The notes beneath the pieces were generated by a model. That model saw nothing but the letters and a program-made list of their open reading frames with translations. It searched no databases and was not told where the DNA came from. Both the position numbers and the translations under genes were made by a program. Below are positions 50,006-63,770 of a stretch of 64,000 nt of DNA, piece by piece. This stretch comes from Mobula birostris (lineage: Eukaryota): contig NC_092390.1 of the NCBI RefSeq assembly GCF_030028105.1, positions 37,492,777 to 37,556,776 on the forward strand. The letters are read 5' to 3'. Positions within the stretch are counted from its first letter, which is position 1. Each line of letters begins with the position of its first letter.

Positions 50006-50657
50006 TTGTATTTGGGCAAGCAGGGAAGAAATCAGAAGACCTGCAATTGTAGAGTCATGGATTATGGAGAGGCTCTATGATGTCAGGTGTGCAGTAGCAG
50101 AGGAGATTGCAAGGTGAACAGGAGCTGCCAGTGCAGTGTAGAGATGGGATGAGGGGGATGAGGGGGATGTGGAGTGTCAAGGCCTACACCAAACACTAAT
50201 TATTTCACTTTTCTGGCAAGCTTCCCAATCTATCTCTGTGCACAGCATCACATTTCACTCTTAAAAAAAATAGTGGCAATCACAGGAGAGTGAGAAACAG
50301 TTAAATATCTATTGAGTATAGTGACACACCATTCCCAATATTCTTCTCAACCCTCAGATTAAATTGGCATTTCACTTCTATAACTTTTACTAATCTCACA
50401 CCTTTGTCAGTATTGGCCATGAATCCTCAATTTTGAATTTAATAGAATGGGTGGAAGATTACATCTAAAATAAAATAACAGTATCTATTATAAACTGTGT
50501 CAGCCAGTCAGGGAGGGGCAAATCTGAGCACACAGAAAACAAGCAACACACACAAAATGCTAGTGGTATGCAGCAGGCCAGGCAGCATCTATAGGAAGAA
50601 GCACAGTCAACAAAAACACAGAAAACAAAAGTCAATTTGGTTGGAATACAGAATATA

Positions 50658-51252
50658 CACTCAATGACCACTTTATTATGTGCACATGCTCACTCAGAAC
50701 ATAGAATAATACAGCACATTACAGGCCCTTTGGCCCACAATGTTGTGCCGACCCTCAACCCTGCCTCCCATATAACCCCCCTAATGCAGATGTCTAATCA
50801 GCCAATCATGTGGCAGCAACTCAATGCACAAAAGCATGCAGACATGGTCAAGATGTTCAGTTGCTCAGACCACACATCATAATGGGGGAAAAAATGTGAT
50901 CTAATTTGCTTTGATCAAGTGGTTTGAATATCTCAAACTGCTGATCTCCTGGGATATCTTGCACAACAGTCTCTACAATTTACAGTGAATTGTGCAAAAA
51001 ATCAAAAGAAAAGATATCCAGTAAGCAGCAGTTCTATGAGCAAAAACACCTCGTTATTGAGAGAGATCAGAGGAGAATGACCAGACTGGTTCAAGCTGAC
51101 AGAAAGGCAACAGTAACTCAAATAACCATGCCTCACAATAGTGGAGTGCAGAAGAGAATCTCTGAATGCACGCGGCATCAAACCTCAAAGGGGCTGGGCT
51201 ACAGCACCCAAAAGACTACGAACATACACTTAGTGGCCACTTTATTAGGTAC
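50658..51252 (+). mobile_element. Tc1-like transposase 5' fragment bounded by direct terminal repeats; CR1 tail nested ~50697-50780
   Basis: RDQRRMTRLVQADRKATVTQIT--HNSGVQKRISECT--QT-K-LGYS (Tc1 HTH region); ta|cactcaatgaccactttattatgtgcac and ta|cacttagtggccactttattaggtac. Confidence 0.85.
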
Positions 51253-52659
51253 TCTCTCAAAAATAAAACAAATTTCACCATAAAGTTGCAGTAAAGCATT
51301 ATGCTCAGCAGAATACCATAGTGAAAGAAATGGAATAGGGGCAGGTATAAGCTATTATGTCCTGCAGACCAGCTCTGCCACTCAAGATAATGCCTTTTTC
51401 TGCCTTCTAACCAACTGTCCACACATACAGTAATAACACATTACTTTATGTACAGTACATAAGGTTTCTGCATTTATAGTCTGTGTTGCAATGCAACAAC
51501 CAGCTTTTCAAAATCCAGATATTCTGTATCAATAGGCTGCCATTCATCTGCTCCATGAACTGCATGTTTAGAAGGTCTCTCGTAAGATTCACCTGATTTT
51601 GCCGGTTCTATCTAATCACATTGTATTTTTCTAAATGCACCGTCTATCATCAGTTCTTTTATCATAGATTCCAGCTGTTTCCTAATCATTTTAGGCTAAG
51701 TGAGCTGGAATTTCTCACCTTCCTCTTTTCTGCATTCTTGATGCATTTGCCAAGCATCGAAATCTTTCCAGTATTTGACTTTGAGGAAGCCAAGCAAAGT
51801 ATTCAGTATCCTTTTGACTACTTTCTTTTTTTAAGAGGACTCTTAAGATGTAGACTAATAGGTCCAGAGATCTGTCAGCCTTTAATTCCACTAATTAATG
51901 TAGTCAATTAAATAATTAATAATCAGATATCGCTGTGATGATTGTACGTTCTAGTACCAATTGTTTGGCGACAATGAAGTATAAAGTAAAGTCTTTCTCC
52001 CCCCTCTAGAAACAGTCAAACTCCTTAATGGACATAAGTCTGGGTGCAGAGCTTAAGCAAAACAATTCAGGTACTGGACCAGCTAATTCCAAACAAAGAG
52101 TTCTTGAAAGTTTCTGTGGAAGCAGGGTAGTCGAAGAATCCGTCGCCAAAAATAGTGAAAAGAAAAAGAAGCAAAACATAACTAGTGACCTTTTCGGTCC
52201 TAACTTTCAGCATTTTCCTAGCATCTATGAATGGACATGAAGTTACACAGAAACAACATAACATAAATTAAAGCAGAGAGAGGAAATTCTAAAAATAAAG
52301 CCCCAAATGGAAGTAAGAAGGTTATAATATATGAACATATATGAATATATGAAGGTTATAATTACAGGGCTCAAGAGGATGGCTGAATGACAATTAACTT
52401 GAAGAAAATGAAAGGAAAGAGAAAATATTTCAGAACGGACTACTCGAATGATAGAAAACCAAAGGTGGCTTTTGTGGGCAGAATTGCTAAGTGTAATACA
52501 GGATATTATTGTGATTGTGGAGATTTGGCCACATTGAAGTTTGTGAAGGTGGTTAATAGCAACTCCAGTGAGGGTGAATCACAATTGTATATTTCTACAG
52601 AATTAGTGCCAGGGTATTTCAGTCAAAAGACGTGGAGAATCAAAGCTCCAAGTTCAACT

Positions 52660-53150
52660 CAGATTTCAACTACAACTGCATTTCAAAGTCAAAGGCAGGT
52701 TTATGCACAGGTGCAATGGAAAACTTGCAAAAGCATTACAGGCACATAACATTATGTAAGCTGCATTCACAAGAAAGAGGAATTAAATGTAAATGATACA
52801 CACCTTTTATACAAGAAAGAACACAATTAGAACAAAAGCAGTGCATTGTACTGCAAAGTGGTCATCGTGTCACTATACTGAGACATTGCAAGTTGGTTCA
52901 AAAACTGAATGATTGAAGGGAAGTATTCGTTGAACCCGATGGTGTGGGACTTCAAGCTTCTGTACTTCCTATTCAATAGTAGCAGAAAAAGGGGGCATAG
53001 TCCAGATGGTGGGGATTTTTGATGAGAGGTGTTGCCTTCTTAAGGTAACACCTCCTGTGGATACCATCAGTGGTGGGGAGGGATGTGCTACTGATATATT
53101 GGTACAGTCCACTCCCCTCTGCAGCCTCTAACAATCCTTACACACTTTCC
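52660..53150 (-). mobile_element. Old Rex1/Babar 3' fragment
   Basis: ttgaacccgatggtgtgggacttcaagcttctgtac...gatggtggggatttttgatga, reverse of the Rex1 3' region. Confidence 0.7.
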
Positions 53151-54179
53151 TTGTGACTGTATCCATGACAGGGCACCTGATATGTTAACACTGATATATA
53201 GTTCTGAAACTGTATACATATTTTCTGATATGGATACACAGAAAAAAGTGATTTTCTTGACACAAAGACACCCACCCCCCCACTTAATGGTATCACCTCC
53301 CTTTCTTCCACGGCAGCTTATGAGCTATAAAAACTCTTCTGCCATGTCTTTGTTATCTCCGGACAACAATTCATTGCTAATTGAGGTTTGAAACTCTGAA
53401 TAACAAAGTTATAGTTGACCATTCTTGTCAGCATCCCTCATTCTTCACTCTGAAGACTTGAGACATAGAGTGCTAGAATTCTTTCCCTAAACCTTACCCT
53501 CTTGACATTTCTGTCCTTCTTTAACCTACATTTAACCTACTTTTTTGACCATCGTTTCAATTAAAGATTACTTTGATAGCACTTCAAACATTTTCCAAAT
53601 GCAAGGGCACAAGGATCTTAATTCCTGATTTATCAAGTATGAAACATAATTCTACGCAAGGTTACCAGGCTAAAATCACATCTCAGTTCCAACCTCAATT
53701 GGCAGTGAAATGACTCAGAGGGATTTTTAAAAAGTCCTTTTGAGGTAAGTGAAACTACTCAATTATGAGGGAAAATGCTTTCACCTACTGAAAGCATGGA
53801 TTCACTTTCAAGATGTGTACTGCCATCCAGAGAGTGAGACTCATAATTACAAATCTTTGGTTTATTTGGAACTCTAAATCAGCAATGTCCACATGAAAGG
53901 TTCCAAACACCATTTGGAGAGAATTGCCCTGCTCTGCTACGATGTTCTGACGAACACTCAAAAATCAATCAACATATAAAGACAATATCAGCCATCTATA
54001 TTTCAGCTGTTAGATGTGTGCTGAGTAGCCGCTGCATTTTCAACATTCTAACAAGAACTATACTTCAAAAGTACTAATTGGTAGTTGTGTCTTTGACCTT
54101 AAATTGTGAAAAGCATTAGTTGCATACAACTCCACTCTATTAAATAGCAAATCAGAGACGGTTCATGCCTCACGACGCT

Positions 54180-54460
54180 TTTACAGCTCAGTGCTCCGCA
54201 GTTCAGCGTTCAATTCCAACATCATCTGTAAGGAGTCTGTACGTTCCTCCTCATGGAATGCGTGCCTTGCCTCTGGGTGCTCAGGTTTCCTCCAACAGTC
54301 CAAGGATGTACCGGTTCATAAGATAATCGGTGATTGTAAATTGTTCCGTGATTAGGCTGGGGTTAAATTGGGCGTTCCTGGGCAGCATGGCTTGAAGGGC
54401 TGGAAGGGCCTATTCCCTGCTGTATCTCAATAAATAAACAAATAAACAAACAAACAAACT
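54180..54460 (+). mobile_element. tRNA-SINE with (AAAC/AAAT)n tail
   Basis: gttcaattcc B-box-like; ctctgggtgctcaggtttcctccaacagtccaagga; CR1-like 3' end gaagggcctattccctgctgtatctc. Confidence 0.8.
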
Positions 54461-55199
54461 CATCAGAAACCAGAATTGTAATACCAACAAACAAAAGAAG
54501 ATATTCCGTTTGGCGATGTGGAAACAATTAGTGAAGAAAACATTACATAGAAAAATTATTATCGATACTCTGAATCTAATCCACTCCCCATGGTCCTCCT
54601 AGGTCATGGAAGATCTCAAGTGCATAGACAGGCATTGTACTGTTGATCCAGACACAGAAAGTACCATGGAATAGAGGCAGCAGCCGGAATATCCATTCCC
54701 AAGAGCTGCACACAATCTGAATTTAGAGGTGGTCACCTTAGCCAGATCAGGCGCAGACATAAACGGACTTGGTCTCACCCTTTGCCTCACTTCTATCAGG
54801 TGACTAAAGGTCTGTTATGTAAAAGTGAAGTGGAGTTAGGAACTAAGGTGTTGTCCTTACATAACTTAACCACAAGCAAGAGAAGTGAAAAGCAGTCTAT
54901 TCACTCTCATTCCCCGGCACAGTGACCTGAAGCCTCACTAGCCCGAGTCTGTCTGATGAGAGACATATTAAGATCATTCAAGAATAAATCAGCAAGTAAA
55001 AAAAAATTCATTAAATCATAAAGTTTAAACAACTCCAGTATTCCAACAATGACATAAACATGAGAAAACATTATACAGAAGCCACGATCAATGACCTATC
55101 AGAACCAAAACCAGCACAAAAATACAGCATTGAAACCACTACAGCCAAGCTTACGACAATGAATCACATGCTTATTCTACAAAAGTCTCCAAATAAATC

Positions 55200-55800
55200 A
55201 ATCTCACCAAAAACACTCACAAAATTTCGACAGACGTACCAAGAAGAGCATTCTAATTGGCTGCATCATCGCTCAGTATGGGGGGGGGTCATGGCACAGC
55301 ATCGAGGTAAACTGCAGAGAATTGTAAAATTAGCCGGCTCCATCATGGGCACTAGCCTCTGCAGTATCCAGGACATCTTCAAAGAGTGATACCTTAAAGA
55401 GTCGGTCTCTATCCTTACGAACCTCCACTACCCATTCTGTCTTCTCATTGCTACCCTTAGGAAGGAGGTACAGAAGTTTGAATTCATATACTCTGCAATT
55501 CAGGAACAGCTTCTTCCTCACTGCCATCTGATTTCTGAATGGATATTGAACGCATGAACACTTGCTACGTTTAAATCATTTCTGTTTGCACAGTTTATGT
55601 CTAACTTACTGAGCTTTCTAAGTACTTTCTGGTTTTAATTCTTTAGAATTGTTTCTCCCAGCTCTATTGTGTCTACCCCAGTGAAGAGTTACATTTTTGA
55701 AAGACAAACCTGCGTTCCTTATTCCCACTCCGGCACATTTGTTCTGCTTCTCCAGAACGTTAGAAGATTTTATACCAGGACTTGTTTTCTTATTGTCGAT
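55200..55800 (+). mobile_element. Rex1/Babar 3' fragment
   Basis: gagcattctaattggctgcatc, aaactgcagagaattgta, caggaacagcttcttcc. Confidence 0.7.
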
Positions 55801-56389
55801 GCACATCTCCATTTTCAATTCACAACTCCCAAAAATGACATGTTACAATGAAGTACATACAAATCCATAGCTATATTTATGATTAAAAACAATCCTGTGA
55901 ATATGCTTTTTCAGATTTTAATTGAAAGTTTCAATTTCAAATGTGAAGCTTTTAGTTAAAATATACAAGGAACTGAAAGTAAAAATTAAGGAACTAGTTC
56001 CTTAGGCTGGTGAATCAAGCCATTGTCAGCCCAGATATCTGTCAAGGTAGGGGCAGCTTGAGTCTCACTGACCCAGAGCTGCTTAATGTCATCTTCAAGA
56101 GGCAACCAGGTCTCCTGTTGGTTAGGAAATTCACTACAGACATCCCACCTCTCCTGGAAGTTCCGGGAGTCTCCCGCATACTAATAGAAGCTCCCTGATG
56201 CCCGCAAATTATATACATTATCCTGGAAATGAGAGGGAGAACGGGAGCGCGAGTGACAACCGGAGCGGGAGCTAGATCGAGAGCGGGAGCAAGAGCAAGA
56301 GCGAGCATCCTGATTGGTCTCTCTTTGTGCTAAGTAGACCTATCAGTTTTCTCTGTGGGTGGGCTTCACAGTCGTCCTCTATCTCTCCA

Positions 56390-57210
56390 AGGTTGCAGAA
56401 GATACTAAGATTGGTGGAGGGGCAGGTAGTGTTGAGGAAACAGGTAGGATGCAGAAGGACTTAGATTAGGAGAATGGGCAAGAAAGTGATAAATGAAATA
56501 CAATGTTGGAAAATGCATGGTCATGCGCTTTGGAAGTAGAAATATATGTGCGGAATATTTTCTAAACAGGGAGAAAATCCAGGAATCTGAGAATGCAGAG
56601 TGACTTGGGAGTCATTGTGCAGAACACCCTGAAGGTTAACTTGCAGGTTGAGTTGGTGGTGAGGAAGGCAAATGCCATGTTAGCATTCAGTTCAAGAGGT
56701 CTAGAATACAAGAGCAAGGATGTGATGCTGGGACTTTATGAGGCACTGGTGAGGCCTCACCTTGAGTATTGTGAACAGTTTTGGGCTCCTTAACTAAGAA
56801 AGGATGTGCTGGCATTGGAGAAAGTCTAGAGGTGGTTCACAAAGCCTTGACAGAGTAGATGTGGAAAGGATGTTTCCCATGGTGGGAGAGTCTAGGACAA
56901 GAGGGCATAGCCTCAGGATAGAAGGGTAGCCTTTCAAAGCAGAGATAATGTGAAACTTCTTTAGCCAAAGGGTGGTGAATTTGTGGAATTTGTTGCCACA
57001 TGCAGCTGTGGAGGCCAGGTCGTTGGACATATTTAAGGCAGAGATTGATAGGTTCTTGATTGGACATGGCATCAAAGGTTATGGGGAGAAGGCCAGGAAC
57101 TGGGGTTGAGGAGGAGATAGAAAAAAAGCGATCAGCCATGCTTGATTGGCGGAGCAGACTCGATAGTCCGAATGGCTTAATTCTGCCCCTCTGTCTAGTC
57201 TTATGGTCTT
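56390..57210 (+). mobile_element. CR1 3' fragment, internally deleted
   Basis: QSDLGVIVQ...KANAMLAF...LVRPHLEYCEQFWAP; CR1 3' end. Confidence 0.92.
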
Positions 57211-58373
57211 AAAAAAGAGGCACAGATAGATAGCCCACGTCTTTTTCTCCATTGTGTTGGTGTGGGGTGGCGGGGGGAGCAGGAAGAGAGTCTAAAACAA
57301 ATTGACATAGGTAAGAGCGAGGAGGTATAAATGAGATCTAGAGGGAGAAGGTTTCAGGAGGATCTGAGGGGTTAATTTTTTTCCCACACTAAAGATTGGC
57401 TGGTATCTGGAAAAAGGAGTAACAGTGACAACATTTCAGAGACATACTGACTAATACTTAAACGAACAGAGTATAGAGTGATATAGAATTAATGCACACA
57501 GGTGGGATTAGTATGGATTGGCATGGGGGCTAGCATGCACATGATGAGCTGAAAGGTCTGTTCCTGTGCTGTACAACTCTATGACTACAAGTCTTCATGC
57601 TACAGTTTGGCTGTGCAAGGTTAATAAAAGGGCAGAATTTGGCATCATCATCTGTCTACTCCGTACACGTCCAATGGTTTTAATGTTCTTCCTGCCCACA
57701 CTCCTCAACTACAAAATATGCACACTTCATTTATGTGGCAAACCAGTGGCACTGTAGCAACTAACAACGGGCTACACTTCTTTTACCAATGATTCCTGTT
57801 ACTTCCTAGCAGCCACTGAGCAAGATAATAAATCATTGTTATTGAAAACCTAATTATGTTTTAATGTCTTATTTGTATGTTCAGGGAGCTTGCCAGATCT
57901 ACATTTCACTGGGCCAGTGCTACTCAAGAACACCAAATCTCAACTCATGGTTTACTTTCATGGTCTGCATTGGCAACCTTGCCTCTGAGCTCATTCCCAA
58001 ATGCCCGAAAGAGGACAGAATTTCAAACCATATTCCAACTCTTGGTACCCACATTTTTAAGTATTTTCTCTCCCCCACTGTCCAGCCACTGTGCAATCAT
58101 ACCCGATGGATGATGTGCGTTGCACTTGCAAATCGTGCAGCAGACTTGGTGTTACATTGTCATATATACTTGACTCCCACTACAAATCACTTCTAAAACT
58201 CTCAGCAGTCAGAGATGGACAAATGCCAGTGCTGCCAGCAACATCTGCATCATTTTTTTAAAAAATGAACCTGATGAATGTATTTCCATGGAAAATGAAC
58301 GTATTTCCCCATCTTTGTGGAGAATATTTTGGTATCCTGACACAGTCTACACCGATGAATATAATTTATTTTT

Positions 58374-58465
58374 CTGAAGAAGGGTCTCAGCCCAAAACAT
58401 CAACTACCGATTGACTTCCATAGATGCTGCCTGACCTGCTGAGTTCCTCTAGCATTTTGTATGTA
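58374..58465 (+). mobile_element. Penelope-like pLTR fragment with decayed hammerhead
   Basis: ctgaagaagggtctcagcccaaaacatcaact...gatgctgcctgacctgctgagttcctctagcatttt. Confidence 0.8.
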
Positions 58466-59861
58466 TGAATTCATTTTTTGCTCTTCTATCTTCTGCATCA
58501 CTTTTGCTGGAGATTGCTGGCAGTACATAAGAGAAAGCTTAGGCTATGAGAAACATCAAAAACAAGAACAAATCATTGGGCCTATTTAATGAACCATTCA
58601 AATTAAGTCTCAAAGGGCCTTTGAAAACACACGAACAGAAGCAATACACAAACTAGGAAAAATAAAAATTAATTAGTTTAAGTCAGGGAAAAATCTGAAC
58701 TTTACTCTAAGAGAGTATCAGGAATGAACTTTAACAGAGTGGCCTAAACAAGCAAGGGAAAAATCAATGTACCAAAACACATGGCCCAAGGTTAAATTCA
58801 ATAAGGGCCTCGATTTTCATTTAAATTAAATCCTCCAGCACTTGCTGTGCAACTTCTGGCTGCTTGGGGGCAAATAAGATACAAATTTAAGGCACTACAT
58901 TGCTGAGAAAACTGTCCTGGGAGGAAGCATGGGCGTGGATAAAGCTGTTGGGACTGAACCAAGCAGCAGCCAACAATGACACTTGCAAGACCGTACCAGA
59001 ACCTAGTTTCAGAAATCCCATGCAGACTTGGCTCTCCTTAACATAGCTGACTCAGTACCAATGTTTTTCCAGAGAACCCCGTTTCAGGAAGGGATCCCGG
59101 AATGGGCAGGCAGAGTTTCCAGTCAGTTAAATTTTAATAATACAGATATCTTACAGCCACACTGATTCGCGTATGGAATGCGTTGCTTTCTCTGAATTAT
59201 GTGCATGCTTATATCGCAATTTGCAACATGGATCAAATATAAGAATCTGAATAATTGCTAACTTTGTGCACTTTCACAATGTAAAGCTCTTTGAGGCAAT
59301 TCTGAACTAAACTTGAATCAAAAACGGATGCTCAACAGTTGAGGCACGGCTTGGATATTATTACCAGTTATAAAGTTAAATCATACGACATAGTCAACAA
59401 GGCTTTACTTCCTGATGAGCTCAAAATGCCATCTATGCTTGCTTTGACCACCAAAACATGAAGAAACCACACAAACTTCCACGGCGCCTGATGATCCTGC
59501 AATTTCAGTCCCTGAGGCCCAAGAGCTAACAGCCTTCGGGAGGGTGAACCCACAAGAAGCAACTGTCCCAGATGAGGTGCCGGGGCGTATTCTGGAGTTA
59601 TGGTATATAGCAATCACTAATTTCAACAGCAACCTAGTCTCCAGACCTGATTATACATTGTAGATTGAATTTAAAATGCAGCGCTGAACGATGGTCTTCC
59701 TGGAGCTGCATTTTGGGGTTGATTGCAAATAAAGAAACACGTCATGTGACCTCAGATGCCTGAGTGAATGCGGGTCAATGTGAGTGGGAATTAACATGAA
59801 TTTTGGGTGTCTGCAGTGTAGGTGTGAAGACAAAGATGTTCAAAAATTATATGTAAATTAT

Positions 59862-60150
59862 AGTCAAGTCAAGTCAAATTTGTTTATAAAGCACACTTAA
59901 AAACAACCCATGTTGACCAAAGTGCTTTACAAACCATAACAGGTAGCTAAAATCACAAATACAAGAAACACAGATACAAACAACAAGGCACACAGCTTAT
60001 AGGCACAAAATAAACAACACATGAGCCTAGGCACAAACCAAAAATCAGCCACATCAGGAAGATTCAAACACCAGTAAATAAAGATAAGTTTTGAGCCTGG
60101 AATTAAACGAGTCAATGGAGGGGGCAGATCTGATAGGGAGGGGAACATTG
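59862..60150 (-). mobile_element. L2-clade LINE 3' end
   Basis: (CAAGT)n tail, then tttataaagcacac...aaagtgctttaca stem-loop and aagttttgagcctggaattaaa (reverse of FNSRLKTY). Confidence 0.75.
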
Positions 60151-60349
60151 TCGATACTTTGTAACTATAGAATTGTCCTGCTGTTACCTTTGACCTTTAG
60201 CATATTAAAATATCGTGATATTGGGTCAGGCAGGCCTCTTCTTCCAAGAGTGCTTCAACTGTGATGCCTGCTGCTCATTTTGCTGAATAAGCATTTCCAT
60301 ATCCACCAGCTTCAGTGTCCCTCCGGTGACTTTGTTCATGTCACAACAG

Positions 60350-61870
60350 GATACCAGGCCAAGTATTAAAAACCTGTGTGGATCCACTGGCTGGGGCATT
60401 CACTGAGGGCTTTAACCTCTCACTTCGGCAGTCTGAGGTACCCACCTGCTTCAAGCAGGCTTCAGTTATACAGGTGCCAAAGGAGATTGTGGTAACCTGC
60501 TTCAAAGATTATCATCAAGTAGCACCTAACATCCACAGTGCTGAAATGTTTCAAGAGGTTAGTGATGAAACATATCAGCTCCTGTCTGAGAAGCGACTTG
60601 GATCTGCTCCAATTTGCCTACTGGAGCAACAGAGCCACAGCAGATGCCATCTCATTGACTCTTCACTCAAGCCCCGAAAAATTTGGACAGCAAAGGTGCA
60701 TACATCAGGGTGCTCTTTATTGACTACAGCTCGGCATTCAATACTATCACCCCCTCAAAACTAGTCAATAAGCTTGAAGGCCTTGGCCTTAATACTTCCT
60801 TGTGCAATTGGATCCTCGATTTCCTCACTTGCAGACCCCAGTCAGTTTGGATTGGCAACAACATTTCCTCTCCATCAGCACAGGCACACCACAAGGCTGT
60901 GTGTTTAGTCCCCTGCTCTACTCACTTTATACTTATGACTGAGGCTATGCACAGCTTCAAAGCCATAGTCAACTTCGCTGGTGACACCACTGTTGTAGGT
61001 TGCATCAAAAGTGGTGATGAACCAGCAGATAGGAGGGAGATTGAAAATCTGGCTGAGTAGTGCCACAGCAACGACCTCTCACTCAATGTCAGCAAGGCCG
61101 AGGAGCTGATTATTGACTTCTGGAGGACCTGTCCTAGGCTTTGAATACAAGTGTAATTATGAAGAAAGCATGGCAGCATTCGTACTTCCTTAGGAGTTTG
61201 TGAAGATTTGGCATGACATCTAAAACTCTGACAAACTTTTATAGATGTGTGGTGGAGAGTACATTAACTGGCTGCATCATGGCCTGGTATGAAAACACCA
61301 ATGCCCTCGTACAGAAAATCCTACAAAAAGGAGTGGATATGGTCCAGTCGATCACAGACAAAGCCCTCTCCACCATTGAGCACATCTATATGGAGTGCTG
61401 TCACAGGAAAGCAGTATCCATCATCAGGGGCCCCACCACCCAGGACATGCTCTCTTCTCGCTGCTGACATCAGGAAGAAGATAGAGGAGCCTCAAGGCTC
61501 ACACCACCAGGTTCCGGAACAGTTATTACCTGTCAACCATCAGCTCTTGAACCAAAGGGGATAACCTTACTCAACTTCACTTGCCCCATCACTGAAATGC
61601 TCCCATAACATATGGGCTCACTTTCAAGGACTCCTCATCTCATGTTCTCGATATTTATTGCTAATTTATCATTATCTCTCTTTTTGTATTTGCACAGTTT
61701 GTTGTCGTTTGCCCGCTAGCTGAATGCCCAAGTTAGTGTGGTCTTTCATTGATTCTATTATGGTTATTATTCTATTATGGAATTTATTGAGTGCGCTTGC
61801 AAGAAAATGAATCTCAAGGTTGTATATGGCAACATACATATACCTTGATAATAAATTTATATTGAGCTTT
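60350..61870 (+). mobile_element. Rex1/Babar LINE RT region and 3' end
   Basis: [59 protein letters not shown]. Confidence 0.93.
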
Positions 61871-61879
61871 ACAAGAGAT

Positions 61880-62100
61880 AGTTTTTGCCCTGTGACCATG
61901 TGGGATTCCTCCAGATAATCTGGTTTCCTCTGCATTCCAAAGACATATAGTTTAGGGTTAATAAATTGTGTGCACGTTATGTTGGCACTGGAAGTGTGGC
62001 GACACCTGCTAAGCACAAGTTTTGCTTATTTGTTTTTATGCAAATACATTTCACTATCTGTTTCGACATACCAGTGGTAAATAAAGCTAATCTTTAATCT
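61880..62100 (+). mobile_element. SINE 3' part
   Basis: gtgaccatgtgggattcctcc...tggtttcctc...aataaagctaatctttaatct; same family as 46355. Confidence 0.7.
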
Positions 62101-62619
62101 TGATATACCAAAGAGTCATGTGCCCATTTTTCCAAACAATCCAACAGTTTACAGATAATGCATTTCTACCAACACTTAGAAACTCAGAAGGAGGTTGTTA
62201 ATGAACTTCCACAAATACATTTTAGCTGAGTTCATAGCAGAAAAAAAACATTTTCATTTTGATTTATTGAGATCTTTGCATAATTCACAGGCAAAAATTA
62301 ATAAGGGACAGCTGTAACCTTCTGCTGGATTATCATTCATTAAAAATCTTAGTTACATCAATCTGTTGACCATCTTGGGTGAAACATCTGCCCTAATTTG
62401 CTACACTGGGATCCTTGGTATATGTAACCCAGGTCAATAAACATTCAGACCATATATACAATACATTCCAGGAAACTGACACTAACTCTGGGTTGAAGGA
62501 AGTGATTCATCACAGGAACCTAAAATAATGGAATTTTTCCTAGCTAGGTTTGAGCCTGAAGCAGAAGGTACATTGACTAATCTTCCTGCACCACCCAAAG
62601 CAAAAGGTGCAAGTTTAAA

Positions 62620-63770
62620 GATAGTTTGCAGAAAATGGGTGATTATTTTCATATTTACAGTATTGAAGAAGGACTACAAGGATAGAGCTGATAATTATAG
62701 ATCTGTTAACCTAACATCTGTGGTAGGGAAGATGCTGGAAGGTATTCTGAAGGATAAAATATTACGTGTGGAAAGGCAGAGGGTAATTAAGAGTTAGCCA
62801 GCGTGGCTTCAGGCATGGGAGGTCTTGTCTTATGAATTTTATTGAGCTTTCTGATGAAGTAACAAGGATGTCTAATGAGAGAAAGCCATTAGATGTAGTG
62901 TATATGCATTTCACTAAGGCTTTTGATAAGGTTCTGCATGATTGGCTGCTCTGGTTAGTTAGATCACATGGCATTCAGGGAGAGCTAGCAACTGAAGACA
63001 AAATTTGCTGAAGGATAGGAAACCAAGGGTGACAGTGAAATAATATTTCATAGACTGGAGGGCTGTGACTAGTGGTGTGCCCCAAGGGTCAGTGCTGGGC
63101 TCATTGTTATTTGTCATCCATAATAACAATTTGGATGATAGTATACGAGGAGTAGTTAGGAAGTTTACAGATGATATTAAATAGGTGGTGGATACACAGT
63201 GAAGAGGAGCATCAAGAATTGCAGTGGAATCTTGATTGGCAGGGTAGGTGGGCTAAGGAGTTGCAGATGGAATTAAATTCAGCTAGGTGTGAAGTGTTAT
63301 ATTTTGGAAGGACAAATCAAAGAAGGACTTTTACATTGAATGGAATGGCCCTATTCAATGTAAAAAAGTCATTTTCTCACTGAGTACGGTTGTAGGACAG
63401 AAAGACTTTGGAAGACATAGGTCATAGTTCCCTTAAACTATGGTAAATGGTATTTTCCAGGATGGGAAGGGGGGGCAGAATTGAATACTAGAGGACATAG
63501 CCATACAGTTAGAGGTGAAAAGTTTAATAAGAACTTGAGGATCAACTTTTTCTTTCTTCCCCTACACAGTGGGTGGTAAAATGGAACAAGCTGCCATTGA
63601 AGGCAGGTAAATAATACCTTTGAGTATATGTGGACAGGTGTATGGATAACAAGAGTTTAGACAGATGTGACCAGGAGCTAGGAGATGGAATTAGCTTGAA
63701 TATACCTATTCATCAGCAAAGGATGGTATGGGCCAAAGAGTCATTTTCGCTCTTGTACTACTCTGACTCT
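62620..63770 (+). mobile_element. Old CR1 fragment
   Basis: NYRSVNLTSVVGKMLEGILKD, YMHFTKAFDKV, agtggtgtgccccaagggtcagtgctggg. Confidence 0.88.

Noticed and set aside
52387-52749. 120-aa ORF as a novel gene
   Set aside because: No recognisable motif, runs into an antisense Rex1 remnant and has no supporting splice structure.
56125-56385. GC-rich block with (GAGC/GGGAGC) repeats and a CCAAT box as the PLCE1 promoter
   Set aside because: Short, abuts a CR1 fragment and starts like a DNA-transposon end; more likely a repeat fragment, and I cannot assign it.
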